NCBI RefSeq assembly: GCF_009914755.1
Contig: NC_060927.1
From: the human T2T-CHM13v2.0 reference genome, Homo sapiens
Length of the DNA stretch: 64,000 nt
Direction: 5' to 3' (one strand)
Positions 1-13,684 of this stretch are shown here, piece after piece. The position numbers and the translations under genes are program-made. Position 1 is the first letter of the stretch, and each line of letters begins with the position of its first letter. The notes below the pieces were generated by a model. The model searched no databases, had not been told where the DNA came from, and saw nothing but the letters and a program-made list of their open reading frames with translations.

Positions 1-170
1 AGGGGAAACTGCCATTTATTAAACCATCAGATCTCCTGAGAACTCACTCACTAGCATGAGAACATCATGGGGGAAACTGCCCCCATAATCCAATCACCTC
101 CCTCCCTTGACATGTGGGGATTACAATTTAAGATGAGATTTGGGTGAAGACACAGAACCAAACCCTATCA
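1..170 (-). mobile_element. THE1/MST-type MaLR LTR, truncated by the window edge
   Basis: Ends in gagatttgggtgaagacacagaaccaaaccctatca, the reverse complement of the TGATATGGTTTGGCTGTGTCCCCACCCAAATCTC terminus of THE1/MST LTRs. Confidence 0.8.
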
Positions 171-439
171 CCCTTATAGCCTCACAAATAACAAGAAAAG
201 AAAGTCTTTCTGCCAGCTCCAAGTAGCAGAACCTTGGAGAGCATTCTAGTTGACCAGACTGGACCACCACTGTGGCTATAGGCATGGGAAACTATCACTG
301 GCCCTGGATGTGTTTCTAGACCAAGTAAGGGGGATGGGGACCAGGCAACCAAAAACAGTAGCCTCTATAGTCACTGTTAGGAAGGCCACAACAAACAGAC
401 CAGGAGGCAGACCTTCCAACCTGGACCTCATCCATTGTT

Positions 440-1920
440 ACTGACTCAATGAGTGCATGTATATTGCAGTAGATACCTAGCAAGGACCAAAACAGATGTG
501 GTCCCTGCCCTTATGTCACAAAATCTAATGAGAGAGGCAGAAGATAAACAGGTAAAGAGACAGAACAGTAACTGCTAATTGTAACAAGTGCCATGAAGGA
601 AGGCAACAGGGTGAAGTGAAAAAATTAGGCAGCTGTTCAAATGAGATGTTTAGAAAAGCTCAGAAGAGGGGCCATTTGAGTTGTGATCTAAGACTTAAAA
701 GAAGCCAGCCAAAGAGAGTGAGGGGAAAACTGTTCCAGCCTCAGTGAAGGAGCTCTGTGTGCAGAGGCCTTGAAACAGGAAAGACCCTGGCCCCACGCTG
801 GGAAATAAATAGAAAAACAGGATGCAACATACCTGTGAGAGGAGAGTGGAAAGATCTGCACCTGGGGAGCAGGCAAGATCCAATCACATAGTGCATGGCA
901 TGCCTCGGAAAGGAGTTGATATTTTACTCTAAGGCAATGCAAAGCCACTTGAAGATCTTTAAGCCTCAGAGTACAATGAAATTATTTGTACTTTTAAAAA
1001 TTTATATGTGAAGAATAATTTGGAGGGGAGCAAGGGTGGAAAGAGAGGGACTGGATAAGAGGCTGTGATTGCTGTAATCCAGCAAGAGTTGATGTGGCTG
1101 AAACTACAGTAGTGGCTGTGGAAGTGGAAAGACTGAGAAGATGAGAAGTACACTTAGCAGGAGCAAAGAGACAGGGCTTGTAGAATCAGATGCTTGGTTT
1201 GAGGGAGAAAAAAGAATAAGAGAGGACTCTCTGTACTGAGCAGGTGGCTGAATGGTGAGGTCATTTCCTGAGAGAGAGAAAACTGAAGTTAAACAGTTTG
1301 AATAGGGAAGAGATGGAGATCTCAGCCTGCGATAACTAATTTTGAGTTGAATGTGAGATATGAAAGTGGTGAGGAGGCATTTACATATTTAAGTTTGGAG
1401 TTCATCCGAAACTTGAGCTGGAGATGGAAATTTAGAAGATATCAAAATATAAATGATAATCAAAGCTGAAGGCATCAATGAGATTACTTATGGAGTGACT
1501 ATGGAGAGAAATAAGAGTAAGACCTAAGACTGAATTATAAGAAACTGCAAAACATAAAGGTAAAAGAGGAGATCCAATAGAAGAGACTGAAGATGATCAA
1601 AGAGATAGGAGGGAAAGTGAGAATGATTCCATGGAGATCAAAGAGGAGCGTGTCTCACTGAAGAGGAAATAGCTGTGTCAAAGTTTCTGAGAGGTCAAGA
1701 ACAACGAGAACAGAAGAGCGCCATTGAACTTGTCAACACAGAGGTCCTTGAGAGCAGTTTTGATGGAGGATAGGAATGACACCCAGACAGAAGTGGGTTG
1801 GAGAAGGAGCGAGGAGTGTAGAGAATAAAGACAGCATGTGACACGCCCTTCCCAGTTTTGTGAGAGAAGTGAGAAGTGAAATGGTAGTTGGAAAAAGATT
1901 GGGGATTGAGAAAATTTTGT
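440..1920 (-). mobile_element. L2 LINE fossil (3' region)
   Basis: Purine-rich degenerate L2 motifs (gtggtccctgccctta, atccagcaagagttgatg, gagctggagatggaaatttag, aatgagattac). Boundaries approximate. Confidence 0.6.
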
Positions 1921-3569
1921 AAAGAACTAGAGGTAGTTACAAAGAAGCCGTTACTGTGTCTGCTATATAAATTGGATGACTGTTAAACAGTTCTCAGTTA
2001 AAAGCTCTCAGTTAAACAGTGTTCCCAGGCTTTAAAATGTTCATTCTGTGGAACTAGATGTTCCCCAAGGTTCCTTCCATATCTGTCCTTCTAAAATTCT
2101 ACAAGTACTCCTTTTTCAAAAGTCATAAAGAAAATATCCAGGACTGATATTCAAGCAGCTCCTCCTCATTTTCTTCTCAATTCATTTGATCATTAATTTA
2201 TTCATTCATTTCCCTAGAAGGTGAGTGCCACAAGGGCAGGATTTTTGTTCTTTGCAGATGGGCACGTAATAGGTGGTCAATAAATATTTGCTTAATGAAT
2301 TAACAAATGCATAGATTCAATCAGCAGGCATAGAGTACCTACACATGTGGAGCTCACTCAAAACCACTCAACAAACATTCAGCACCCAACAAATGCCAGG
2401 CTCTATGCTAAACACAACTCAGTCAGCCTCTCCTTAAAGTGGAAAAAATTAGGATCTGTTCTACCTGCTTCACAAGGCCATTATGAGAATCAAATGGGAA
2501 ATACAGGCTCTGAAGAAAACTTTGCAATAAACAGGGGGTGTAAAAAAGACTTTGCAAATACCATAGTACCTTAGAAAGATCAAATGTTATTAATAAACAT
2601 GGCTCTGCCCTCAAGAAGTTTGTAGTGAAATTAAAGAAATGAGAAAAACATATGAGAGAGATGTAATCACTGTTTTGTGGGTACCTAAGTGTGCCTCAGG
2701 CAGTAGAATGCTTTACATGCCTTCTCTCGCCCCACCATTGTACCCACACCTGAGATGGGTATCAATACCTTCAGCATGTAGATGCAGAGACCAACGTCTG
2801 ACAGGTTAAATCACTCAGCTAGTAGGAGACAAAATGGATGAAAAGCTAGGTCTGTTTCTTTTTCTAAAATATTTTCTTTCACACAAAAGTAAATCTTAGG
2901 AAGCATTTGAAACCATTGTCCCTGAATACTAGCAATGAGTAGGTGAGGGAGGCGGGAACTATCATTTACTGCATGCTTACTTGACGCTGAACTCTCTATA
3001 TAGATATCATTTAACTCTTATTTGTGACATAAGGCTTACATCCATTTGGTACACGAACACAAATTTCAACTGAGGTCTCCAATTCACTGATAATAACTAA
3101 AGTAGGCTTAAGCAGCACCTGTTATTTTGTGGAAAACCCAATGCTATTTTCAAGGTTTTGGAAAATTCCCAGGGATTTCATGTCTTGAGGTAAATTCTAG
3201 TTCCAAACACACTTACCTCAACACATGCTGTGCCCACAGCTGATCTCCCCCTTCTGCTGGGCACCAGTGCAGACCTGAGATGCAGAGCCTTTGATTTCAC
3301 GCAGAGATCACTCTCGCAAAGCATTAAAAAGCATATGGTAGGCTTTGCGTTATGTTTTGGGAGACAGAATAGCTTTACATCCTAGCAAAGTAAACAGCGT
3401 AAGATTGACTAGCAGACAACCTTGCCCATCATATCCTTTGTTCAGGTGACTCTAGGAGTTTCTCACTGTTAATTTTTCCGCAGACACTCCAGCCTTCCCC
3501 TGAGGACACTCCTCACATGTGATTCCCCTTGTGAACACCTACGGAATTGCCTATGTAGAAGCACTTATT

Positions 3570-4210
3570 TTAAATCCTGCCCCTTATCCATCTGTAATAA
3601 TCCTGGGGGTTTACACGGTTCTTACATTACCCCAGTGACTGGTCAAGTTGTGGCCATCTATTCCATGTTCAGCCAATGAGGCCCCTCCCTGGGCATTTTG
3701 GAATCGGGACCAGAGAAGCAATTGGGTCAGCCCCTCTCTGACGGCATCCAGCACCTCTAGTGATTGATAAATTTCAGCATCAGCTTAAGCCAATGTAAGC
3801 TGCTGCTTAAGCATCAGCTGAAATGTATCAATCTCTAGAGGTGCTGAATGCCATGTTTCAGCAGAAAAAGAAAGCCAGTTTTCAGGGAGAGAATGAAGCA
3901 TGTTTACAAAAAGGAGCCAAGAGGAGAAAAAACAAGATATGAAAAGAGAGATAGTCATGACAGTACCCAAGACACTCATTTTGGAGTTCCCAGAGCCCAG
4001 ACACATCCGTGTTCTTCAGCTCCATCTCTTGGGCTGTCAGCTTCTAGCAACTGCTGGTGAATTTGAAATGTGATCCTCCTTTTCTCCTCCACCAATCTTT
4101 GTATGTAAATGAAAGCAGTAGAGAATTATCTCCCTCCACCATATGAATTATGCCAATCATGTTAGAAGATACAATCAGTTTACTCTTAGTGAAGAACTCA
4201 GCTAACACAG
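3570..4210. mobile_element. Old ERVL-type LTR fragment (LTR16/LTR33-like) containing a long hairpin
   Basis: Degenerate motifs cagccaatgaggcccctccctgggcattttgga and terminal gaactcagctaacaca. Family uncertain. Confidence 0.3.
3743..3852. repeat. Imperfect inverted repeat, 48-bp arms, 14-nt spacer
   Basis: Left arm 3743-3790 vs reverse complement of 3805-3852: 41/48 identical by manual alignment. Confidence 0.9.
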
Positions 4211-5574
4211 ACAACCCCTGCCAGCTCTGACAGAAGCAAGGACACCCTATAATGCTTTCTACCAGGCATCCTACCCAGCCCCAGCAAGAGTCAGATGTCA
4301 GGGTTCTTCCCATCAACCTCATGCCCAGGTAGGATATGGCTTACACTGCTGACTTAGCTGGTGGGGTGGACACTGTCCAGGAAGCCTTGTCTGTCATCTC
4401 ACAATGCACAAAAGGGAATGGAGTATCAAGGAATTTAAAGAACTTGCTAAAGTCAGAACAAGTAAGAAGAGGTAGAATTTGAAATTGGGTATGCTTGTGT
4501 GTCATTAACATGATGGTGGGACAGAAGTGCAGGCCGAAGTGCAGACCCAAGAAAGCAGGGCTGGGGGATGAGGATGGGAGAAACCCATCTACCAGGGGTC
4601 TATAGAGCTTTGCCTTTTCCATATTGTTATTTCTTTTCTCCTTCCTCCTTTATTCTTCTCCTACAATCGCTTCCTTCCTCTACCTTCTCCTCCAACCCTT
4701 CTGAGCCCCAGGACTCCAACTGGCATGGAGGAACACAAGTGGCTCCACTCTGACTACTGACCATCCCCCTGAGGCCAGTCAAGAGACCTTGAGCCCTCAC
4801 CCTAGAAAACAAGACAATCTTGTGCAGAGGACACTGTGATCCACTAAGGACAAGGCACAGCAAAGAGAATTCCAAGTGAAAAAAAACAAAGGAGGCTGAA
4901 GAGAGGGCTACACATTGCTCACCACAGTCCTTGAATAGCCTTCCTTGGCTTTCTCTGGAATCCCCTCTCTTCTCATTCTCTGAAAAGGGAAGGCTAAGAA
5001 GGTATATCACAGTCTTCTATCTATCAAAGCAAAAGGGTTGTTCTTAGTCCTAAACAAGTTAATCCCAGCTTCTGTCCTGACTTCCACAGGAGCAATCTAT
5101 GTGACCTTTGGAAAGTCATTTAAAAAAAAAAAGTCAAATCACTCTATGGAATATGATCCAAATCTCATAAAGTATGTGTATATAAATGGCTGCTTGCACA
5201 AAGGAAAAAAAGCAGAATGAAACACATCAAAATGTACTGTGGGGGAATTTTAAGAAATTTCTTCTTTATGCTCTTCTCTATTTACACTGTTTGTACAGTG
5301 AATATGTATTACTTTTATAATTATAAAATTCCTCACTGAATATCTCTGGGCTGTAGTTTCCAAGGGTATCGAATATTAAGTGTGGATTGCACCTGCTTTG
5401 CTTCTGTCATAGTGCTATTTTGGGAATAAATAATATAATGCCAAAAACTGCATGATCCGTATCACCAGCTGAGGTTACCAACACGAGCATGTTTCTTTCA
5501 TTTTTTCCCATTAGTCACTTGAGCAGCTGCAAGCAGTTTAGTATCTACCACCTTGAGGTCTCACCCTTATAGCA

Positions 5575-6016
5575 CTATAGAATGAGTTCCCCTGTAAACA
5601 ACAGAAAACCCGATTCATAGTAGCTTACACAAATGGGCATGTGTTTCCCTTCCATAACAGGAAATCCAGAATTAGACAGCCCAGGGATGGAATGCTGCAC
5701 AAGGATGCCATCAAAAATCCAGGCTCCTGTCTCACCATCCTTAGTATGTGATTCATTCTTGTGGTCACAGGAAGGCTGCTGCACCTCTAGACAGGAAGAA
5801 GAGGGAAAAGCAAAGGGCAAAGAGATTTTGCCTTTTAATTTGGCATGTGAATTCTGCCTACATCTATTGGCCAGAACCAGATCACATGACCAGCTCTGGT
5901 TGCAAGGGCAGCTGGGAAGTTGAGTAAGTTCATTTTCCACCCTCTATCACAGAGAAGCCAAGGAGGGAAGAACCTGTGAATGACTTTTGATTAACCAAGC
6001 ACTTAGTCTACCACAC
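5575..6016 (-). mobile_element. Old MaLR LTR (MLT1J/K-like)
   Basis: aacaacagaaaacccgattcatagtagcttacacaaat start and tattggccagaaccagatcacatgacc...ctgggaagttgag motif typical of MLT1J/K/L. Confidence 0.6.
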
Positions 6017-7109
6017 CACTGGAGCTTATTTAACCTGAAGGGTTCAGTTCCACCTGAAGGCCAGGTGGAGTGTGAATTGGAAAGTCTGTTCTGTCCACAG
6101 GAAGACTCAGTTTTCATCTGTCATTGAATGTGTTGCTGCCTTCCAGGATTGCTGTTAACAACTAGTGCCAAACAATCAGCTGATTCCTTGTCCCCAGCAG
6201 AGGTGGTGCTCTTATTGCTCCTCTGTCCCTGTACAGGCCATAAGACTCTCACGGTTGGTTCATGTTGCAGTCATTTAAGTTACACTGTCATGCACAGCCA
6301 TTATTCCTCAACCATAAATTTAGTGGAAAGGTGGGTAGGTCATAAAAGGCTTCTCACCTCAGCCTCATCTTGTATCAGAAATTGCTTCTCCGTGATCCCT
6401 TATCCCCTAATTTTGAGCCTGGGTTATCAGTCCAGACTTCCCAGAGAATGCCTCTTTTCTCACTGCAAGACTTCAGACTAGGTCATCCCAGTCCATTAGA
6501 GAAGGTCTACTACAGCTGAACTTCTAGATGATGGTAGTCAGACTCTCAATGCCTTCCCCACAGAAGACTCCTTGGCCCCTGTGAAAATTTGTATACCTTT
6601 TCTCCCAAACCATCTCAGATCACAAAAAGCATTTCTAGGACTTGTCTCCATCAGGCCACACAAGGCCCTATTATGCTCTTTCACCAATGGGGAAATTACA
6701 CTTAAATAACCAAAAGGGCCCACTCCAACAGCTCTCCCTGAACATAAATGTACCCCAATGTAATTTGTTCTGAACACCTAGATGGAGAAACAACTATTCT
6801 AAAAATATGTTGTATTCCATAAGATGAGCCACCTGCTTTATGCATTTAAGATGCATTAAGATTTAAGATGGAAGAAAACCAAGGACTTCCAGGTCTGCAG
6901 TATGGCAGACTCTTGTGAGCTACCTTCAAGGAATGGGCAAGGAATGTGGGCAATCAAATCAAAAATTTTCTTTTACATCCTCAGCTGAACTCACAAAAAA
7001 GAATGGGAAATCTCCAGGGTCCGGAAATACAGAGGAACTAAAAACCAGAGAGGCAACTATGTCAACCATCTTATGGCTGCTCTGGTTTTTGTTTGTTTAT
7101 TCATTTACT

Positions 7110-7575
7110 TTTTTATTGAGGTATAATTAGTATATAGTAAAATCCACAACAGTTAATGAATTTTTATATATACATACAACCATGTAACTGCCACCCAGCT
7201 CAGGATATAGAATATTTCCAGAACTGCACAAGGCTCCCTTATGCCACCCTTCAGTCAATAACTTCCCTCAAGAGTGACAACATTCCTGACTCAACATCAA
7301 AGATTAGTTTTGCCTATTTTAGAACTCCATAGAAATGGAATCACACAGTGGATATTCTTTTTGATGGATTATTTTACTATCTGTGACATTCAACCTGTTA
7401 TTACATGTATTTGCAATTTGTTCTTTTTTATCACTGTGTAGTATTCCATTGTAAAATATATACCACTATTTATTTATCAGCTCCACTATTCAGGGGCATT
7501 TGGGTTGTTTCCAGTTTGGAACTATTATGAATAAAGCAGCTATGAACATTTCATATATGTTTTCTGGTGGATATA
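7110..7575 (-). mobile_element. Old L1M 3' end fragment
   Basis: ttattgaggtataatt start; tgtagtattccattgta, tgggttgtttccagtttgg and aaagcagctatgaacatt are L1 3' antisense motifs. Confidence 0.75.
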
Positions 7576-8379
7576 TGAAAGGCATGGGTTTTCATGCTCA
7601 ACTAGGGACATTGAGATGAGACCAGCCTAAGCAAAGCAGAGAAATGAAGCTTAAAATAATCCCACATGAAACCAGACCATCAAAGGACTGTACTCTTGGT
7701 AATAGTGTAGACTAGGAAAGAAATCCATAAGTACAGGGAGAAAAAGAAGACACCTATCCATCTCTGTCTGAGATCTGAGTGGGAAGAAAATTCTCCCTTG
7801 GAAATTTACAATCATAACCTCATACCTCACAGCTCTGGAGTTAAAATTTACACAATCAGCATGGTCCAGAAAACCCAAAGTGGATTAATTAACACAGAAA
7901 CTTGCTACAAACCAAATGACAACCCGAGGCCCCTGACAGAAACAAACAAAAAACCATTGCAGGACACGATTTCATCCCCCATTGTGTATGAGCCCAACAC
8001 ATAAATGTCCACGGAAGCAAATGAGGAACCAATCCACCTTGAGTGAGAAGCAGAAAAATGAACAATTTAAACAGAAAAAAAAAGGACGCTTACACTCACA
8101 AAAGTTTCAGATAATAGGACAACATAATAGGAATTGTTAATAACTATATTTAAAATAGTAACCCAAACTAAAGGAATTGAGACTTTAAGAGAAGGACAAG
8201 GCGCTATGGGGGGGGGAAGCAGACATTTTTTAAAAATTTAAAATTTAGCCATTTATGCCAAACACCATTAAATTGCACACTTTAAGGAGATAAACTATGG
8301 TATGTAATTACATCTCAATAAAGCTTATTTGAAAAATTCTGACATTCAAATAATATTTTAAAACTTAAAAGGTTTAGCA

Positions 8380-9100
8380 AAATAGTACTACACAAAGCAG
8401 AAAAGAAAAGTGATTAACTGGAAGATGGACTTGAGAAAATTCCAGAGATTCAACACAAAGAAAGAACGAGATGTGAAAATATGAAAGAACATTTATGAGA
8501 GCTGAGGATTAAATGCTAATGTCCACCTGTATGTAGTAGAATTTCCAGAGACAAGACAAATGAAGGAGGCAATATTTGAAGAAATAATGGCTGGTAATTT
8601 TCCAAAACTCATGAGAACATGGCTCTCAGGTTTAAAAAGAAAAATTTAAAAGAATGGATTTAAAAGAATTAATTGTATTCCAATGAATACAAAGAAAATA
8701 AATCTAAGCCTAGACACATCATAGAGAAAAACTGCAGCACACCCAAGACATAGAGAAGATCTTATAAGCAACTAGAGATAAAGGACAAATTTCCAACAAA
8801 ATAATAACAATTACGCTGGTGCACACTGCACAATAACAGATTTTTTTACAAAATAGCAATTAGACTGTTATAAACTTCTCAACAGCATCAATGGTGGTCA
8901 GAAGACTATGGGAAAATATCTTCAGAATGCTGAGAGAATATGATTGTCAACTTATAACATTATAGTCAGCTAAGCTTGTAGTTCACAGTGAGGTTATCTC
9001 AAGCAAATAAGGACTAAGGTTACTACTTCAGACCCAACTTGAAAAATTTTGAAAAACTACTACAGATGAAGGAAATTAAGCAAAGAATGAAGACACAAAA
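8380..9100 (+). mobile_element. Ancient L1/HAL1 ORF1-region fossil
   Basis: atatttgaagaaataatggctggtaattttccaaaac and cctagacacatcatag...gagaagatctta resemble L1 ORF1. No open frame. Confidence 0.55.
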
Positions 9101-9154
9101 AGTAATTATGCTTATTTTTTCCCACATATTTATAATGTTTTATATTTAAGGTTA

Positions 9155-9157
<3 letters not shown>

Positions 9158-9187
<30 letters not shown>
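9158..9187. repeat. (GT)15 microsatellite
   Basis: Direct read. Confidence 0.95.
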
Positions 9188-9189
<2 letters not shown>

Positions 9190-9992
9190 AGGAAGAGAAA
9201 CAGAGAGTCTGTGTAACAGTGTTCTATACATGAAATATACAATGATTAATTAATACCCATTTGGGAAACCTGTCCCCTTCCAGGCCAGGCACTGATGATT
9301 AGATGCATAATGGTAAAGGGGTGTGGATTTGGAGACAACAAGAAGACACACGGGTGTGGTAGGGAAGAATCAGCATCAAGCTGAGTAATTCACGATGTGG
9401 AGAAAAAAAACAGGTAAGAATAGGGAAGAGCCAAGTACCCCTAAGAAGGAGCTGGGACATAGGGCAAAGGGGACAGGACCCAGGCAGACTGAGGCATAAT
9501 TCATAATTCTCCCCTCTCACAGGATGAAGGTAACAAAGAAACCTACTACACCCAAGAGATAACAGGGTGTGTCAGGGACATAAATCGGGGATGAAGTTGA
9601 TTGCTTGATGTTCTCACTGAGGCATCAAAATCAGCTGATGTTGTTACTGAGGCATCTGAGACTCTAACTGTTGGCTGAAAACCAGCCAAATCCTTGATAT
9701 GCCAACCTGGTATCCTTTCCCAGATTCCAAAAGAGGTAAGGCAGCATACTGGAAGTTAAGAGCTTGCACTAGCGTGCTGGGATGAAACTAGGACAAGACA
9801 GATTCAAAAGACCAGAACTTATATCTCCATCTAATAAGAAAATCATGTCTAACTAAGAGAAAACTATGGAACCATCTCCTAGGATCCAGAAGCACTTTAA
9901 AAATTAAGACGCTATCTATAAAAGGAAATTGAATGTTCAAGTTGTTTATACAGAGAGGTTTTGGTTGGCTGATTGGTTAACAGAGGTGAAGG

Positions 9993-10720
9993 TGTAAGTA
10001 CCTAATGGTTCATTTTGCCCACTGTCCAGATAGAGCCAATTTATCAAGACAGGTGAATTGCCACAGAAAAAGATTTTAACTCTCACAGACATGGCTAAAC
10101 AAGAGACTGGAGTTTTATCACTGAAATCAATCTCCCCAAAAGTTCAGAGACTGGGATTTCTTAAGGATAATTTGGCAGGTAGGGGGCGAGGGAGTGGGAA
10201 GCACTGATTGGTTGGGCCTGAGATGAAATCACAGGTGGTCAAAGTGGTTCTTCTTGCTGTCTTCTGTTCCTGGGTGAGATCGCAGAACTGGCTGAGCCAG
10301 ATTGTCAGTCTGGGTGATGTCAGCTGGTGCACCAGAATGCAGGGTCTGAAAAATATCTCCAGCACCAGTCATAGATTTTACAATAGTAATGTTATCCCTA
10401 GGAGTAACAGGGGAGGTTTGGAATCTTGTGACCTCTAGCTGCTTGATTCCTAACCCATAATTTCTAATTTTGTGTCTAATTTGTTAGTCTTAAAAAGACA
10501 GTCTGGTCCCCAGGCAAGAAAGGGCTTTCTTTCAGGAAAGGGCTGTTATCATCTTTGTTTCAAAGTTAAACTATAAGCTAAATTCCTCCGAAAGTTATTC
10601 TGGCCTACACGCAGGAATGAATAAGGGCAGTTTGGAGGTTAGAAGCAAGATGGAGTCAGGTCAGATCCCTTTCATTGTCATAATTTTCTCACTGTTACAA
10701 TTTTTGCAAAGGTGGTTTCA
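9993..10720 (-). mobile_element. Solo ERV1 LTR (LTR8 family)
   Basis: TG...CA termini; right end is the reverse complement of TGAAACCACCTTTGCAAAA; 4-bp TSD AAGG at 9989-9992 and 10721-10724. Confidence 0.85.
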
Positions 10721-11141
10721 AAGGTCCTAAGTAAGACCAGAGATAACCATGCTTTTCTGTGTATTTTGGAGCAAAATTTTTTGTGTTTGTTATTTTCATG
10801 TGTTACAGAGTTTCTCCTTATACATCTAAATGATAGCCGTTTATTTATAGAGATGTCTAAGTGTGAAAAAAAATTTTAATTGTGGAATATCATATATGTG
10901 ATAAGATTACGAGATACTCATAGTTTATAAATTGTATTTATGAGTCATCATAAATTGAGCTGTTGAGATATTAACTCAAAATGAACTTTTTAAAATTATT
11001 TACCTGCCTCTCTGTGTTTTCCATAACATAAAATCCCTGTAGTCTTTCATTTGTGATTTTCCTTATACATTTCAATAAAATTAAAAGTGTTTTTATTATT
11101 TTCTAGATCTAGACACAATGTGGAGCTTTTAAAAATATTTC

Positions 11142-11506
11142 TGTTATGGTTTGGCTGTGTCCCCACCCAAATCTCATCTTAAATTTTAGCTCCCATAATT
11201 CCCACTTGTCATGGGAGGGACCCAGTGGGAGGTAATTAAATCGTGGATGCGGGTTTGACCATGCTGTTCTTGTAGTAGTGAATAAGTCTCACAAAATCTG
11301 ATGGTTTTATAAAGGACAGTTCTCCTACACAAGCTCTCTTTTTGCCTGCCGCCATGTAAGACATGGTTTTGATTCTCCTTGCCTCCTGCTATGATTGTGA
11401 GGCCTCCCCAGCCATATGGAACTGTGATTCAATTAAACGTCTTTCCTTTATAAATTACCCAGTTTCAGCTATATCTTTATTAGCAGCATGAGAACAAACT
11501 AATACA
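11142..11506 (+). mobile_element. Solo THE1 LTR
   Basis: tgttatggtttggctgtgtccccacccaaatctc...aactaataca; 5-bp TSD ATTTC at 11137-11141 and 11507-11511. Confidence 0.92.
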
Positions 11507-11929
11507 ATTTCATTCTTTTTACTATTATATTATCTGAATCAGGCTAGATTTGAATTTGTTAGCATAGCACTAGATCAAGCAACGTTAATGATCACTTCTT
11601 GTATAGCTACTCCATCTTGTGTGATGGGGCAAAGGTCATCAGTGGAAGGGAGTCCTCTAAGCATCTGGGTCAACTTTGTGTGAAGGTGGAAGCGGCAGAG
11701 AAGTTGCCAGGATGAGAAGCTTCTGCAGATACCCTTCAAACCTCTCCAAGTAACCTCTCTCTCCCACTGTTGATGGCTTTCTCTACACCAGGACATAAGT
11801 CTTTCCTTCTGCAATTAGAGAAGGCAGGTTACTTAAATTCATATGTTAAATTATTCATTGAGAGCAAGTTGTGATGGAAGCTTGGGAGGAAAAATTGAGT
11901 ACTCCATTTGTACAGTCTCCAAATAAGGT

Positions 11930-12120
11930 ACATGCATTCATTGCCTTTTTACAGTCTCACAAGCCTACGAGGTAGGAGTGTTGATGTTCCCATTTTACAG
12001 ACAAAGACCCTAGAGCTTAGAAGTGCTGAGTGACTCCCTCTAGTTGCCATGGCTAATAGAGTAGGGATTTGAAGCCAAGCAGCATGAATTCAGTTGTAAT
12101 GCTCTTAGCCACTGTGCTAG
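11930..12120 (-). mobile_element. MIR SINE
   Basis: cccattttacagacaaagaccctagagcttagaag...gggatttgaagccaagc, MIR core in antisense. Confidence 0.65.
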
Positions 12121-12558
12121 GAACTTGATAAATGGATTGGAAACCATGCCCTACGCAAATAGTAAATGCAATTTGGTCCAGTCCAGGCTGGGAGTGCATG
12201 TGCTGAAAAGGTGCAAGATAAGCATGCTGAGGCTGATTGATAGGGCTTTCTCAATTGCCTATTCCTACATTCTGTGTCTGCTTCCACACTGGTGACCCCC
12301 AACCCTGGGAAATGCTTTTCACACCTATTCATTAGAATATCATTCAAATTTACAACTACTGAGGTCACCTAGCAATTTACAATTGCTTTGTCTGCCTAGC
12401 TTGAGCCTGCTCAGAAACAGCTCTTCCTCATCCTACTCAGATGCCCTGTAAGGCCTCCTCCCTGCCCTACAGAGCAGAAAGTAATGAGGTTAGTGTATGC
12501 ATTCTCCAAAATTCATATTTTTTGCTAACTCCCAAGGTGATGGTATTAGGAGATAGGG

Positions 12559-12962
12559 TGTCTTAGTTCATTTGGGGCTGCTATCACAGAATGCCTGAAA
12601 CTGGATAATTGATAAAGAACAGAAATTTATCTCTCACAATTCTGGAGACTGAGATGTCCAAAACCCAGGGGACAGCAGATACTATGTCTGGTAAGGGCTT
12701 GCTCTTTGCTCCAAAGATGGCACCTTGTCACTGTACCCCCTCATGGCAGAAGGATGAACACTATACTCTCACAAGGCAGAAGGAATGAAAGGGCTAGGCA
12801 GCTCTCTGAAATCTTTACAAGGACATTAATTCCATTCACAAGGAAAGAGCCCTCATGACTTAATCACTTCCCCCAAAGGCCCCACCTCTCAATACCATCA
12901 TCTTGGGGTTTAAGTTCCAATATATAAATTTTGGAGGGACACATACAATTCAACTCATAGCA
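12559..12962 (-). mobile_element. MaLR LTR (MST/MLT1A-like)
   Basis: tgtcttagttcatttggggctgctatcacagaatgcc...ggccccacctctcaataccatc...caactcatagca. Confidence 0.75.
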
Positions 12963-12964
12963 AC

Positions 12965-13684
12965 TGGTATTATCCACTTCACATCCACTAGGATAATTGT
13001 AATAAGAACATCATATAATAACGAGTGTTGGATGTCGAGAAATCAGAATCTTCATTTGTTGCTACTGGAAACATAAAAATGACACAGCCACTTTGGAAAA
13101 CAGTGTGGCAGTTTGCCAAAAGTTAAACATAGAGTTATCATTTGATTCAAAAATTCCCCTTCTAGGTATATTATATCCTAAAGAAATAAAAACATACATG
13201 TCCACAAAAAAGCTTGAATGCTTATGTTCAGGGCATTATTCATAATAGCTAAAAAGTGGGAACAATCCAAATGCCCATCAAGTGATGAGTGCATAAATGT
13301 GGTATATTCATAGGATGGAAATTTATTTTGTCATAAAAAAAGAATGAAATACTCATGCTACAACATGCATGAATCTTCAAAACATTATGCAAAGTGAAAG
13401 AAGACAGTCACATTTATGATTTCATTTACGTGAAATGTCCAGAAGAGGTAAATCTATAAAGATAGAAAGCAGAATAGTGCTTGCCGAGGGCTAGAGAGAT
13501 TGGAAAGTGACAGCTACAGGGTACAGTGTTTCTTTGGGAAATGATTAGACTGTTGCAAAATTTATTGTGATGATGGTTGCATACTTCTGTGAATATACTA
13601 AAAACCACTGACTTGTACACTTTAAATGAATGAATTTTATGGTATGTAAATTATATTTCAATCAAGCCACTAATGAAAAAAAAA
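12965..13684 (+). mobile_element. L1MB-type 3' end
   Basis: cagccactttggaaaacagtgtggcag, tgaatcttcaaaacattatgcaaagtgaaagaag, A-rich tail. Confidence 0.8.

Noticed and set aside
4627-6481. Several 96-127-aa ORFs
   Set aside because: No homology recognised, several have non-ATG starts, and some overlap an MLT1 LTR; consistent with chance ORFs.
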